The translations under genes were made by a program, and so were the position numbers. Below, piece after piece: positions 48,235-58,524 of a stretch of DNA of 64,000 bases (positions are counted from its first letter, which is position 1; each line of letters begins with the position of its first letter). The notes beneath the pieces were generated by a model, which worked only from the letters and a program-made list of their open reading frames with translations, searched no databases and had not been told where the DNA came from. Source of the stretch: Acidobacteriota bacterium. GTDB taxonomy: Bacteria; Acidobacteriota; UBA890; WLXD01. The stretch spans positions 1,248,001 to 1,312,000 of the forward strand of contig CAXWPL010000005.1 of NCBI GenBank assembly GCA_963666215.2, given 5' to 3'.

Positions 48235-50238
48235 TCAGGTCGCGCTCGAGGGCACCTGGGCCAATGCCTCGAACGCCTCTGCCAAGCTCTCGACCTCGAG
48301 AAGTCGGAGCTCGCCGTCGTCCAGCAGGTCGGTATCGACTACTTCGTAGAGCACCCGGCTCTCGAGGCCCTTGAGATCCGGCATGCCGAGCCGCCTCAGA
48401 CCGATATCCGCCTTCTCGCCGGCGTCCTCGATCGTTGCGACGACGAGGAGGCTATCGCTCCCCTCGAAGCTGCGCAGCGGACGGGGGGGGATCACCGCGT
48501 CGAGGTTTTGGATCAAAGTCTCGGTAGCGACGATGCCGTTGTTGATGAGCTGGCCGGAGGGTGAGAGGCGGACTCGGAAAGCCGGGCCTGAGCCGCTATC
48601 GGCGGCCTCTTCGGCGTCCGCTAAGGGTGCGAAGAATTCCTCGACTTTCGAAGGCTCATATCCCCTGGAGACCAAGCTCGCAGTGAGCTCGTCGAGGTCA
48701 TGGCTCGACTTGCCCGAGACCAGACGAAACAGCTCCACGACGCTTTCTCCGAAGATCTCGTAGCGCATCCCCTGTCCGCGACGGCCACCGAAGGGGAGAA
48801 GGCGATACTCGCCGTGGTTGAGGGCGATACGCATCCCGCCGTCGAAAGGAAACCCCTGCGAGAGTATCTCGCGATAGGCGCGCTGCATCCGGATCGCAGT
48901 CAGCAGCAGGCGCCGCGCCTCACGTCCGGTGTAGAAGGCGCCGTCGCCCAGATACTTCTCGCGATAGAGGCGATGCTCGTCGGCGATACGATCGAGGCGT
49001 TTCTGAAAGCGGAAGAAGGCGCGGAACGCGCTTTCCTGACTGCCGGCGTCGCTGTGCTGAAGCTCGGTCACCTTGCCGGTGAAGTGAACAATGTCGTAGG
49101 CCACCCCACCTCTGGCGACTCCTGGGTCGACAACCCATGGACTCATGAAGTCCATCGGGCGAAGAGTGGGGGAGAGATGGAGATCGTAGGGCCCCGCGCC
49201 GAGCCGGAGGGCCTCTTCCCCGGGGCAGATCAGGCGATCGCTCTTCCACCGCACCCGCATCACCAGGCCGCGAAGGTTGTGCAGCAGCTCGAAAGTCTTG
49301 AGACGGCTAAGGACGTCCTCCCAGATCGCGACCTGTCGCTCGCTCCAAAGGGTCGTCGGATCGTAGGAGGAGACGCTGGCGGCGAGATAGGAGACGTACC
49401 CCGGCGAGCTCAGGAGCAGGTCGGGATCCTGGACTTCGAGCAGATTGAGCAGGTAGCGAGCGAGGTTTCGCAAACCGGGATCGAGCTCGACCTGAGCTCG
49501 GTTCCAGAGCCGTAAGCGCCGCAAACGCAAGCGAAAGTCTCGCCCGTCTTCGCGCAAGAAGCCGCGAAAGAAGGGGTCGAGCTCCTCCAGGTCTCGGTTG
49601 ACGCCGTCCTCAGTGAGAATGAGGACGTTGTCGCGCAAACAGCTGAAGACCGCCGGGTAGAGCTCCGCGCTAGCTCCCTCGCCGAGGGTGAGGCGTCTCT
49701 CTAAAGTGCGCAAGACCCGCTCGGCGCGCCGCACGTACTCTTCGAATACGTCGTATTTGATCTCGGTGGCCGAGGCCTCTCCGAGGGCCGGCCACTCAGC
49801 CTGCACGCGTCGAGGGTAATCCTTGAGGTGCGCGGAGACCTGTACTGAGTGATAGAGCCAGAACGTGGTCGGGTAGTGACGCCCGTAGTCTGAAGCGGTC
49901 ACGTTCTCGGCGGCGAGCTCCAGAAGCTCCTCGTAACGGTTCCAGGCTTCGTCGCGGTCGCCTCCACCCGCATCTCCGCCGCGAATGCGCACCTGGCGTA
50001 GCAGGGCGGCATCCAGTGCCTCGGCCAGTGCCTCTTCCAGCGAACGCAGCTTCGGCGATTCGGTGAGAAGAAAGCCGCTGATCCCCGAGGCCTCCTCTCC
50101 TTCGAGAAATACCGGCTGCGGCGTCGGAAGATCGAGATCGATGAGAGCCTGCACGCGGCGCACGTCGAGCTGCGACGGATGCAGAAAAACAGCGGACCGC
50201 TTCAGGCGCCGGAGAAGGGTAGAGGTGTCCAACTCCAT
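48235..50238 (-). CDS. Large protein with a C-terminal class III nucleotide cyclase-like domain
   Basis: YDIVHFT, EKYLGDG, MRIALNHG, IFGESVVELFRL, LKG. Confidence 0.6.
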   Translation of the reverse strand: MELDTSTLLRRLKRSAVFLHPSQLDVRRVQALIDLDLPTPQPVFLEGEEASGISGFLLTESPKLRSLEEALAEALDAALLRQVRIRGGDAGGGDRDEAWNRYEELLELAAENVTASDYGRHYPTTFWLYHSVQVSAHLKDYPRRVQAEWPALGEASATEIKYDVFEEYVRRAERVLRTLERRLTLGEGASAELYPAVFSCLRDNVLILTEDGVNRDLEELDPFFRGFLREDGRDFRLRLRRLRLWNRAQVELDPGLRNLARYLLNLLEVQDPDLLLSSPGYVSYLAASVSSYDPTTLWSERQVAIWEDVLSRLKTFELLHNLRGLVMRVRWKSDRLICPGEEALRLGAGPYDLHLSPTLRPMDFMSPWVVDPGVARGGVAYDIVHFTGKVTELQHSDAGSQESAFRAFFRFQKRLDRIADEHRLYREKYLGDGAFYTGREARRLLLTAIRMQRAYREILSQGFPFDGGMRIALNHGEYRLLPFGGRRGQGMRYEIFGESVVELFRLVSGKSSHDLDELTASLVSRGYEPSKVEEFFAPLADAEEAADSGSGPAFRVRLSPSGQLINNGIVATETLIQNLDAVIPPRPLRSFEGSDSLLVVATIEDAGEKADIGLRRLGMPDLKGLESRVLYEVVDTDLLDDGELRLLEVESLAEAFEALAQVPSSAT

Positions 50239-50315
50239 CGCTCCATAGAAATATGTCCAAATCATACTCCAAAGGCGAGTTACGGGCCAGGATGGCTGCT
50301 AAACTCCGCCGCATC

Positions 50316-51791
50316 ATGAGCTCCGCCAGCACTGCACGTTCGTCCTCACTTGCCCGTGCCAACACCGCAGATCTTGTTGTTGTTGGCTGCTTCGAGAACG
50401 AGTCTTGCGAGCTGCCAACCGCGTCTAAGGAGCTGCAGGAAGCGCTTGCGACCGCGGTGAAGCGGCGAGGCTTCGACGGCTCGAGCAAGCGCGTCACAGA
50501 AGAGTCCTTCGACCGGGGCCGGCGCGGCTTGGCAGTGGTCGGTTTGGGTGGGCGCGAAGGACTCGATGCCCAAAAATTCGCTGAGTGGCTCGATCGGGCG
50601 CTGAGTCTGGGTCGTCAGCACGGCGCCCGCAAGCTCGCCATCGTCTTCCCCGAGCATGACGAGGCGCGAGGCGCGGCTGCTGCCGGTAGAGCTCTGGGCC
50701 GGGCGGCCTTGAGCGGTTACCGCTTCGATACCTATCAAAAAACTAAGGCCGCGAAAGGAAAGCGGGAGGTTCTCGTCGTGCCCCCGGTCGGTGAGGAGAG
50801 AGCCTATCGGGCCGCGGTGCGGCGCCGCACCGGCATCGACGCGGGCGTGGTTCTGACACGCGACCTCGGCAACACGCCGCCCAACGTGGCAACCCCGGTG
50901 TGGATGGCGTCTCGGGCCCGAGCCCTGGCCAGAGAAACGGGTATGAAGGCTCGCGTCTTAGGGGTTCCCGAGCTCAAGAAAAGGAAGATGGGCGGGATCC
51001 TGGCGGTGGGAGGCGGCTCAAAGAACCCACCGCGCCTAGTGCGCCTGGAAGGGGGCGGCCGCGGTCCGAAGGTTGCCCTGGTCGGCAAGGGAGTGACCTT
51101 CGACACCGGCGGCATCTCGATCAAGCCTGCTGCCGCGATGGACGAGATGAAGTACGACAAATGCGGGGCATGCACCGTTCTCGGCATCGTCCGGGCGGTC
51201 GCTGCACTCGATCTTCCGGTGCAGCTGCGTGCCTACCTCCCCCTGGCCGAGAACATGCCTTCGGCGACCGCCTACCGGCCCGGCGACATCGTTCGCTGCT
51301 ACAACGGAAAGACTGTCGAGATTCTCAACACAGATGCGGAGGGGCGGATGATCCTAGCCGACGCTCTGTCTTGGGCGGCGGAGGAGAAGCCGGACTACAT
51401 TCTGGAGTACTCGACACTGACCGGGGCGGCAGTGGTCGCCCTCGGCGAGTTCGCGGCGGCGCTCTACTGCTCCGATGACCAGGTCTCGGCGGGCCTGCTC
51501 GAGGCAGCCGATAACAGCGGCGAGCGCCTGTGGCGAATGCCGCTATGGCCCGAATACGTCGAGCAGATGCGGGGCAATCACGCCGACCTGAGAAACAGCG
51601 GTGCACGCTGGGGAGGCGCAAACACCGCGGCCGCCTTCCTCTCTCAGTTCGTCGGCGGGCATCCGCGATGGGCACACATCGACATCGCCGGTCCCGCCAT
51701 GGCCACCAATCCCAAGGGAGCGAGTGGCTATGGCGTCGACTTCACCGTCGGCTGGCTCGAGGCTTTGGCAAAAAGAAAGAAAGGGGCCTGA
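50316..51791 (+). CDS. pepA: Leucyl aminopeptidase (M17)
   Basis: VGKGVTFDTGG, MKYDKCG, NTDAEGR, TLTGA. Confidence 0.95.
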   Translation: MSSASTARSSSLARANTADLVVVGCFENESCELPTASKELQEALATAVKRRGFDGSSKRVTEESFDRGRRGLAVVGLGGREGLDAQKFAEWLDRALSLGRQHGARKLAIVFPEHDEARGAAAAGRALGRAALSGYRFDTYQKTKAAKGKREVLVVPPVGEERAYRAAVRRRTGIDAGVVLTRDLGNTPPNVATPVWMASRARALARETGMKARVLGVPELKKRKMGGILAVGGGSKNPPRLVRLEGGGRGPKVALVGKGVTFDTGGISIKPAAAMDEMKYDKCGACTVLGIVRAVAALDLPVQLRAYLPLAENMPSATAYRPGDIVRCYNGKTVEILNTDAEGRMILADALSWAAEEKPDYILEYSTLTGAAVVALGEFAAALYCSDDQVSAGLLEAADNSGERLWRMPLWPEYVEQMRGNHADLRNSGARWGGANTAAAFLSQFVGGHPRWAHIDIAGPAMATNPKGASGYGVDFTVGWLEALAKRKKGA

Positions 51792-51792
51792 G

Positions 51793-52764
51793 CTGCTGTC
51801 ATTCGAGGATCTTTCGATCTCTTTTCCGGTGGGGGGGGAACAGGTCGACGTCGTCAGCGAGGTGTCGCTGTCGATCGACAGCGGCGAGTTCGTGGGGCTC
51901 GTCGGCGAGTCGGGCTCCGGAAAGAGCATGACCGCTCTGGCTGCGATGCGCCTTCTACCCGCGCCAGGGAAGGTGCGCAGCGGACGTGTTCTCCTCGATG
52001 GCACCGATCTACTGGAGCTCTCGAGTGCTGCGATGAGAGAGGTCCGCGGCGCGCGCGTGGCGATGATCTTCCAAGAGCCGATGACCGCCCTCAATCCGGT
52101 CTTCACCATTGGCTTCCAGATATGTGAGGCGCTCTTCACTCATCGCAGTCTGCCAAAGAAGGCGGCTCTGCAAGAGGCCGAGAGGCTTCTCGACCTGGTT
52201 GCCATCCCGGACCCTGGGGACCGTCTTCGCGATTACCCTCATCAATTGTCCGGCGGCCAGCGCCAACGAGCCATGATTGCGATGGCGCTCGCCTGCGAGC
52301 CCGAGGTGCTGCTCGCCGATGAGCCCACAACCGCCCTCGATGTCACCATTCAGGCACAGATCCTAGAGCTTCTCGATCGGCTGCGACGGGAGCTCTCACT
52401 GGCGGTTCTTCTGATCACCCACGATCTCTCCGTGGTGGCGGAGACCTGCGATCGCGTGGCGGTGATGTACAGCGGAAGAATCGTCGAGCAGGCGCCTGTC
52501 GACCGCCTCTTCGAAGCGCCCGCACATCCTTACACCCAGGGCCTCTTAGCCGCCTTGCCACGGCTCGGGGAGCCGGTAGAGCGGGGAAAGCTGCCTTCGA
52601 TACCCGGTCAGGTACCTGAAGCCGCCGAGCGGCCGAGTGGCTGCGCCTTCCACCCTCGCTGCGATCAGGCCCTCGAGTGTTGTTCGGTCGACTCGCCGAG
52701 TCTTCACGTGCTGAGTCCCACGCACCACACATATTGCTTTCTCTACAGCGATGGCGGGAAGTGA
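51793..52764 (+). CDS. Oligopeptide/dipeptide ABC ATPase (OppD-like)
   Basis: [29 protein letters not shown]; start uncertain. Confidence 0.9.
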   Translation: MLSFEDLSISFPVGGEQVDVVSEVSLSIDSGEFVGLVGESGSGKSMTALAAMRLLPAPGKVRSGRVLLDGTDLLELSSAAMREVRGARVAMIFQEPMTALNPVFTIGFQICEALFTHRSLPKKAALQEAERLLDLVAIPDPGDRLRDYPHQLSGGQRQRAMIAMALACEPEVLLADEPTTALDVTIQAQILELLDRLRRELSLAVLLITHDLSVVAETCDRVAVMYSGRIVEQAPVDRLFEAPAHPYTQGLLAALPRLGEPVERGKLPSIPGQVPEAAERPSGCAFHPRCDQALECCSVDSPSLHVLSPTHHTYCFLYSDGGK

Positions 52765-52767
52765 TCG

Positions 52768-53760
52768 ATGACAGCCCTGCTTGAGGCCACCGCCATACAC
52801 AAGCATTTCCCGGTCAACAGAGGGATATTGCGCCGGACTCGCGGTGAAGTCCGCGCCGTAGACGGTGTGGATCTGGAGGTGGCAGAAGGAGAGTGTCTAG
52901 GACTGGTAGGCGAATCGGGTAGCGGCAAAACAACACTGGCTCGCTGCCTCACTCGCCTCATCGAGCCCACCTCCGGCAGTGTCCATTTCATGGGCGAAGA
53001 GATCACCGGTCTTTCGATTCGCGAGCTGCGCAGCCGCCGCCGCTTCTTTCAGATGATTTTTCAAGATCCTTATGGGTCGCTCAACCCCCGCCTGAGCGTC
53101 GAAAGCGCACTTTCTGAGCCACTACTCGTACACCGAGTCGTGCCTCGGGAGCGAGTTCGCGAAAGAGTTGCGGAGCTCCTCAGAACCGTGGGACTGCCCG
53201 AGGCGGCTGCCTCTCGGTATCCGCACGAGTTTTCTGGGGGCCAACGGCAGAGGGTCGGTATCGCTCGTTCGCTGGCCACCGAGCCGCGCCTCTTGGTAGC
53301 GGACGAGCCGGTATCGGCGCTCGATGTCTCGGTGCGGGCGCAGATCATCAACCTGCTCGCGACGCTGCAGGAGCGACTGAGGCTCGGCCTCGTCTTCGTG
53401 GCGCACGACTTGGCGGTGGTGGAGCAGATCGCTCATCGCGTTGCGGTTATGTATCTCGGGCAAGTCGTCGAGACCGCCGATACCAAGAGCTTGTTCAGTG
53501 ACCCTCTGCACCCCTATACCGTCAGCCTTCTGTCGGCGGTGCCGGTGCCCGACCCCAAGCGAAGGCGCAAGCGCATCATTCTCGAGGGAGACCCGCCAAG
53601 TCCGTTGAGCCCGCCTTCCGGCTGCCGTTTTCGGACCCGCTGCCCGATTGCTCAGGAGCGCTGCGCCAGCGAAGCACCCAAGCTCGAGACACTGACCCCC
53701 GGGCACGCTGTTAGGTGCCATTTTCCTGGTGAGCTCCGGCCTGAAGAAATGTCCGGATAA
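52768..53760 (+). CDS. Oligopeptide/dipeptide ABC ATPase (OppF-like)
   Basis: GESGSGKT, FSGGQRQR, DEPVSALDVS, PPSGCRF. Confidence 0.92.
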   Translation: MTALLEATAIHKHFPVNRGILRRTRGEVRAVDGVDLEVAEGECLGLVGESGSGKTTLARCLTRLIEPTSGSVHFMGEEITGLSIRELRSRRRFFQMIFQDPYGSLNPRLSVESALSEPLLVHRVVPRERVRERVAELLRTVGLPEAAASRYPHEFSGGQRQRVGIARSLATEPRLLVADEPVSALDVSVRAQIINLLATLQERLRLGLVFVAHDLAVVEQIAHRVAVMYLGQVVETADTKSLFSDPLHPYTVSLLSAVPVPDPKRRRKRIILEGDPPSPLSPPSGCRFRTRCPIAQERCASEAPKLETLTPGHAVRCHFPGELRPEEMSG

Positions 53761-53865
53761 CCCTATGCCCATTCAACACGTACCCATAGCTGCAAGGCGC
53801 GCATGCGCTGTAGAGTGAAACAGGCCGACGCTGAGTTTCGTCCGTGCGTCGAGGAGGATTCTTAG

Positions 53866-55515
53866 ATGAAGACGTCCCACATCCGCGAGCGACTCGCCCA
53901 GGCCTTGGCGATTTCCGGCCTGGTGGCAGCGGCGCTGCTTTATGCGATGCCCTTGCCGGCGGCTGAAATCGTCAGCTCACTGCCGCGTGAGATCGCCGCG
54001 GAGACCGATCTCGACATCCGCGAGGGCCAGGTCAATCTTTCGCTGGAAGATGCTATCTTTATCTCGCTGCGAAGGAATCTAGGCCTCCAGGTCCAGCGCT
54101 ATCAGCGCGAGCAGATCTTCCACACCATCTCCCAGAGCCAGGGCATCTTCGATCTTGGCTTGAGCGCCTCCTTGGGCGCCCTCGAGGAGACGACGCCATC
54201 GGCTACGGCCCTCGACGGGTCGGAGGTGCGCGAATCCGAGCGACAGAACCTCGACCTGCGCCTCGATCAGCTGGTCTCTACAGGCGGCACGGTGAGCTTC
54301 GTCTGGAACAACGATCGCTTCGAGACCAACTCGCTGTTCGCGTCGGTGAATCCCAGCTTCAACGTAGGAATGGACTTCTTGTTCACCCAGCCCCTCTTGG
54401 CGGGCCGTGGCAAAGCGGTGACCAAGCGCAACATTCTGGTCGCGAGTAATAGCAGCGAGATCAGCGCAGAGCTTCTCGAGCAGCAGATCATCCTGAGCGT
54501 CGAGACCGTGGAGGGGGCTTATTGGGACCTGGTGGAGGCGCAGGAGCAGTACAACGTATCGCTCGAGAGTCTTGCGCTGGCGGAAGAGCTCCACCAGATG
54601 AATGGCATTCAAGTCGAAGTCGGCACCCTCGCTCCGCTCGAGCTGGTGCAGAGTGAGGTCGGCGTCGCCATTCGCGAAGAAGAAGTCTTGCGGGCAAGAG
54701 TCACCGCCGAAGACTTCGCCGACGTTCTCCGCCAGTTGCTCAACCTGCACAGCACGGTGTGGACGACACCGATCGAGCCGACCACCGATCCCCTCACCGA
54801 TCGCATCGCGATCGATTTGGATGCGGCGATCTCGGTCGCGATGGCTTCGCGCAGCGAGCTTCGCGAGCAGGAGCTGCGTATCGCCAACCTCGAGTACGAC
54901 GTGCTCTTCTTCAAGAGTCAGGTCAAGCCTCGTTTAGATCTCGAGCTGCGCTACGGCTACAACGGCCTTGGAGGTGACGTCTTCGTCGGCGGGAGCATCT
55001 TTCCGCCCCGCCCGGGAGAGAAGATTCCTGGCGGTTACGGTGACGCCATCGAACAGATATTCGAGGCTCGCTTCGACGGTTGGGGCACCGGGCTTCAGTT
55101 TGCCATGCCGATCCAGAATCGCGAGGCGAAGGCGAGGCGCACCATCGCCGAGCTCGCGGTCGAGCAAGGCTTCGTCAGCCTCGAGGATCTGCGCCTAGGC
55201 GTGCTCACCAGCGTGCGGCGCACTACGCGCGCGGTAGAGAGCGCGGCGGAGGCCATCGATCTGGCCCAGAAGTCCACCGACCTCGCGGAAAAGAACCTCG
55301 ATGCCGAGCGCAAGCGCTATGAGAACGGCATCTCTGGCAGTTTCCAGGTTCTCGAGATCCAGGAAGATCTGACCACCGCTCGCAGCGGCGAAGTCTCCGC
55401 AATCGCGAACTATCGGCGAGTCCTAGTGCTCTACTACAGAGCCATTGGCCGCTTGTTAGAAGAAAAGGGCATCGAGCTCCAGGACGACGTCGACGTCGAA
55501 GAGCAGCAACAGTAG
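53866..55515 (+). CDS. TolC-family outer membrane protein
   Basis: Signal peptide, LSLEDAI, QPLL, AYWDL, ERKRYENG, two helical repeats. Confidence 0.88.
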   Translation: MKTSHIRERLAQALAISGLVAAALLYAMPLPAAEIVSSLPREIAAETDLDIREGQVNLSLEDAIFISLRRNLGLQVQRYQREQIFHTISQSQGIFDLGLSASLGALEETTPSATALDGSEVRESERQNLDLRLDQLVSTGGTVSFVWNNDRFETNSLFASVNPSFNVGMDFLFTQPLLAGRGKAVTKRNILVASNSSEISAELLEQQIILSVETVEGAYWDLVEAQEQYNVSLESLALAEELHQMNGIQVEVGTLAPLELVQSEVGVAIREEEVLRARVTAEDFADVLRQLLNLHSTVWTTPIEPTTDPLTDRIAIDLDAAISVAMASRSELREQELRIANLEYDVLFFKSQVKPRLDLELRYGYNGLGGDVFVGGSIFPPRPGEKIPGGYGDAIEQIFEARFDGWGTGLQFAMPIQNREAKARRTIAELAVEQGFVSLEDLRLGVLTSVRRTTRAVESAAEAIDLAQKSTDLAEKNLDAERKRYENGISGSFQVLEIQEDLTTARSGEVSAIANYRRVLVLYYRAIGRLLEEKGIELQDDVDVEEQQQ

Positions 55516-55526
55516 ACTTCACCCGA

Positions 55527-55612
55527 GCCGGGGTGGCGGAATGGCAGACGCAGGGGACTCAAAATCCCCCGAGGGCAACCTTGTGAGGGTTCGAATCCCT
55601 CCCCCGGTACCA
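55527..55612 (+). tRNA. tRNA-Leu(CAA)
   Basis: GCCGGGGTGGCGGAATGGCAGACGCA GGGGA-CTCAAAA-TCCCC, long variable arm, GGTTCGAATCC, CCA end. Confidence 0.96.
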
Positions 55613-55634
55613 TTGATAATAAAGGGATTACAGG

Positions 55635-56247
55635 TCATGAGTCGGGCCTAGCGAGAATCCTAGTATACCTCCATGGGGGAGTCATGGGGGAGTGCGCTAC
55701 GAAAAAAGCCTGCGGAGCCAACTGCGAATCGCGGTATTGCTGTTGAAGCGTTTTCAGTACAAGGCTCTCTAGGCGTTCTTTTCTGAAATTGACCGCGACC
55801 GAGAGAACGTCCGGCTCGGGGTTCACGCTATGGCCGCATGCCTCGCAGAATGCCCGGACACGATAGAAATCACTATCCTTGTAGGTCACGTGGTGAGGTT
55901 CGTCCGTTAGGGATATCTCGACCGAGCACTTGGGGCAAAGCGGGAGGAGCTCTAGAATTGACCCATCGTCCCGACGTCTCTTCGTGAACCACGGGAGATT
56001 GCAAATCGTGGGCTCGTGCCGGGGGTAGATGTCCTGCCGCTTGCGGTACGAAACAAGCCCTGCGCCGCCGAAGAAGGCGACGACGAGTGAAGCGAGGAGC
56101 GCCCAGAGCGGGAGCTGCATAACGGATCTGTGCACGGGCAGACCAGATCGCCAAGCCGGCGGTCAGGATCAAGGCGACCAGAAACGCGAGGACCTGGCCG
56201 CCGACATCCGAGAGAATCTCCCTGAACTTTTTCACGCCGGAGGCCAT
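55635..56247 (-). pseudogene. Two-TM protein with Zn ribbon, frameshift near 56135
   Basis: MASGVKKFREIL...TM in one frame; second TM plus CPKC...CEAC in another. Confidence 0.5.
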
Positions 56248-56329
56248 GATACCCTTTCTTAGTACTTGATATCAGCGGCCGCGCCAACCGTCGGTGCGTG
56301 ACTTCCTGCGAAAGGCAAGTATTGATCCA

Positions 56330-56662
56330 ATGATTGAATACAAGCGATATGTAGGAAAAGTGATCGACCTCGAGGACGGGGTTCTGCACGGTCGCGTCAT
56401 CAACATTCGAGATGTCGTGACCTTCGAAGCGAAGAGCGCGAAGGAGCTCGAACGCGAGTTTCGAAAGTCCGTCGACGTCTATATCGAAATGTGCGAGAAG
56501 CACGGCGAAGATCCCGATCGGCCGTTCTCCGGCCGGTTCGTTCTCCGCCTCGAGCCCGAGCTACATCGCCGACTCTACGCACTCTCCCAGGTTCAGGAGA
56601 CGAGCATCAACACCGCGGCGGTTCAAGCAATCAAGGCGGAACTCGAGAGGAGCGAACTCTAG
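56330..56662 (+). CDS. hicB: HicB-family antitoxin
   Basis: EYKRYVG, LHGRVINIRDVVTFEA, FRKSVDVY, PFSGRFVLRLEPELH. Confidence 0.9.
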   Translation: MIEYKRYVGKVIDLEDGVLHGRVINIRDVVTFEAKSAKELEREFRKSVDVYIEMCEKHGEDPDRPFSGRFVLRLEPELHRRLYALSQVQETSINTAAVQAIKAELERSEL

Positions 56663-57712
56663 GTGGCCTACTTCGAGAAACGAAGCGCGAAAGACGGCTC
56701 GGTGTCATGGCGTGCTCAGATCCGGCGGCGAGGGGAGAGTGTCGCCGCTACCTTTCCGACCCGGGAAGAGGCCGAAGATTGGGCCGGGGCCGTTGAAACG
56801 GACATCCGTCGGGGCCGCTACTTTGGCGGCGCGGCCGATCGTGCCGTTTATGAGCTCCTCGATCGCTATCTCCTCGAGGAGCTCGGTCACCTCGCCGAAA
56901 GCGAACAACGCAAGAGGCGAATACAGATCGAATGGTGGCGGCAGCAAGTCGGCGGCTATCAGGTGCAGGACTTCTCGCGAGCCGTCGTCAAGGCCGCGCT
57001 AGGTCGACTCCGAGCGGGTGACGGGCCCTCGGGCAAGGGCGTGTCTTCGACGACCGTCGATCGCTACAAAGCCGCCCTCTCGAGAGTGTTCTCGCTCGCG
57101 ATCGCCGAATGGGAGTGGGCTCGCGAGAATCCCCTCCGCGGGCTCGAAAAGAGAACTTCGAAAGCCGACCGATCCAAGCGGTTCGCCGGCAGGTTTCTCT
57201 CGACCGACGAGCGTGATCGTCTCTTCGAGGCGTGTCGAGAGCATCCTTGCCGCGAGCTCTATCCGATCGTTCTTCTCGCGCTTCACACGGGTGGACGACA
57301 GTCCGAGATTCTCTCGCTTCGTTGGAGAAATATCGACTTCGAGAGGCGCCGCGGGACTTTCGTCGGCACAGACACCAAGAACGGCGAAACGCGCTCCTTC
57401 CGATTGACGGAGATGGCCGCCGCGGTCCTTCGCGATTATGGAAGGGTTCGACGCCTCGGTTCGGATCGGCTCTTCGAGAAGTTTCCCGAGTCACAGTGGC
57501 GAACCGCAAGGAAGCGCGCGAAGCTCGACGCGCCCTTTCGCTTTCACGATCTCCGACACACGTTCGCGAGTTACCTCGCGATGTCGGGCGAGGCGACCCT
57601 TCTGGAGATCAAGCAAGCGGGCGGTTGGAAAACGCTCGATATGGTCCTCCGCTACGCACACCTCATGCCGGGCCAGGCTGACGACGTGATCGACAAGGTT
57701 TTCGGGAGTTGA
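56663..57712 (+). CDS. Tyrosine integrase
   Basis: TGGRQSE, TKNG, FHDLRH, GGWKT...RY. Confidence 0.94.
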   Translation: MAYFEKRSAKDGSVSWRAQIRRRGESVAATFPTREEAEDWAGAVETDIRRGRYFGGAADRAVYELLDRYLLEELGHLAESEQRKRRIQIEWWRQQVGGYQVQDFSRAVVKAALGRLRAGDGPSGKGVSSTTVDRYKAALSRVFSLAIAEWEWARENPLRGLEKRTSKADRSKRFAGRFLSTDERDRLFEACREHPCRELYPIVLLALHTGGRQSEILSLRWRNIDFERRRGTFVGTDTKNGETRSFRLTEMAAAVLRDYGRVRRLGSDRLFEKFPESQWRTARKRAKLDAPFRFHDLRHTFASYLAMSGEATLLEIKQAGGWKTLDMVLRYAHLMPGQADDVIDKVFGS

Positions 57713-57718
57713 GGGCCC

Positions 57719-58222
57719 CTGGAGACCTCGACAATAGTCGGCCTCGACCTCGAAACGATCATCCCTTGGTTTGTCTCGGGCGCGGCCGTTTCAGTGGCGA
57801 TCATCACGACCTGGTTCAATGCCAGGAAGTCGCGAAAGGCGCAACTGTACGACGTGAGGTGTCGCATCTATCCTCAGTTCCTTGGCTCCTGTTACAGGCT
57901 TAGAGATCTCTTCGGCGCTCGAGCACTACTGGGGAAGGAGAACTCCAGTACCGCCCACAAAATATTCGGCCTCCACAATGAAATTAGGGACCATTTGGTG
58001 GAATTTAGGCTCTCCCATCTTCCGGCTCTGGAGCTCGTGGCGTCGGACAACGTTCGGGAGAAGGGACGTGTTCTTGCCGATGCCATTCGAGAATACGGAA
58101 ACGAGCTCGTCCAGGCTGCGGGCGATGGAATTCGAACGAGCGACAAGTGGACTTCCTTCGAGCGCGCGACGGCCGAAGCTCAAGACGCCTTCATCGAGAA
58201 GGCCCGAGTCGACCTCGCTTAG
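57719..58222 (+). CDS. Hypothetical single-TM protein (island cargo)
   Basis: Frame open from CTG 57719; hydrophobic IIPWFVSGAAVSVAIITTWF, then a helical domain. Confidence 0.5.
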   Translation: METSTIVGLDLETIIPWFVSGAAVSVAIITTWFNARKSRKAQLYDVRCRIYPQFLGSCYRLRDLFGARALLGKENSSTAHKIFGLHNEIRDHLVEFRLSHLPALELVASDNVREKGRVLADAIREYGNELVQAAGDGIRTSDKWTSFERATAEAQDAFIEKARVDLA

Positions 58223-58524
58223 CTTTTTTGGACACCGCGACGACCACCCGATCGCACTGGCAAATTCCGCGGCGCCGGTCGCTTCTCGCCCATGGCGACC
58301 GTCTGACGCTGCGCCTCCCACCATGCCTCGAACCTTTCGATGTCGATCAGGGGCCGAGCCGCGCGCTTTCCTCCCGGCTTCTGCGGCACCCTGACGATGA
58401 CCCCGAACTCGTCGAGGCCGTTCGAGGCCGCGTTACGAACGAGCTCACGGAGCTTCGTCTCGCCCAGGGCAGGCGCGTCCTTCGCGAGCTGCGGGATTGA
58501 TCGGAGGCGTTGGTGGATCAACAT
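58219..58524 (-). CDS. Excisionase-like small DNA-binding protein
   Basis: SIPQLA...LRELV..A.SNGL...LIDIERFEAWW; GGAGG RBS; similar to 37470..37721. Confidence 0.7.
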   Translation of the reverse strand: MLIHQRLRSIPQLAKDAPALGETKLRELVRNAASNGLDEFGVIVRVPQKPGGKRAARPLIDIERFEAWWEAQRQTVAMGEKRPAPRNLPVRSGGRRGVQKS

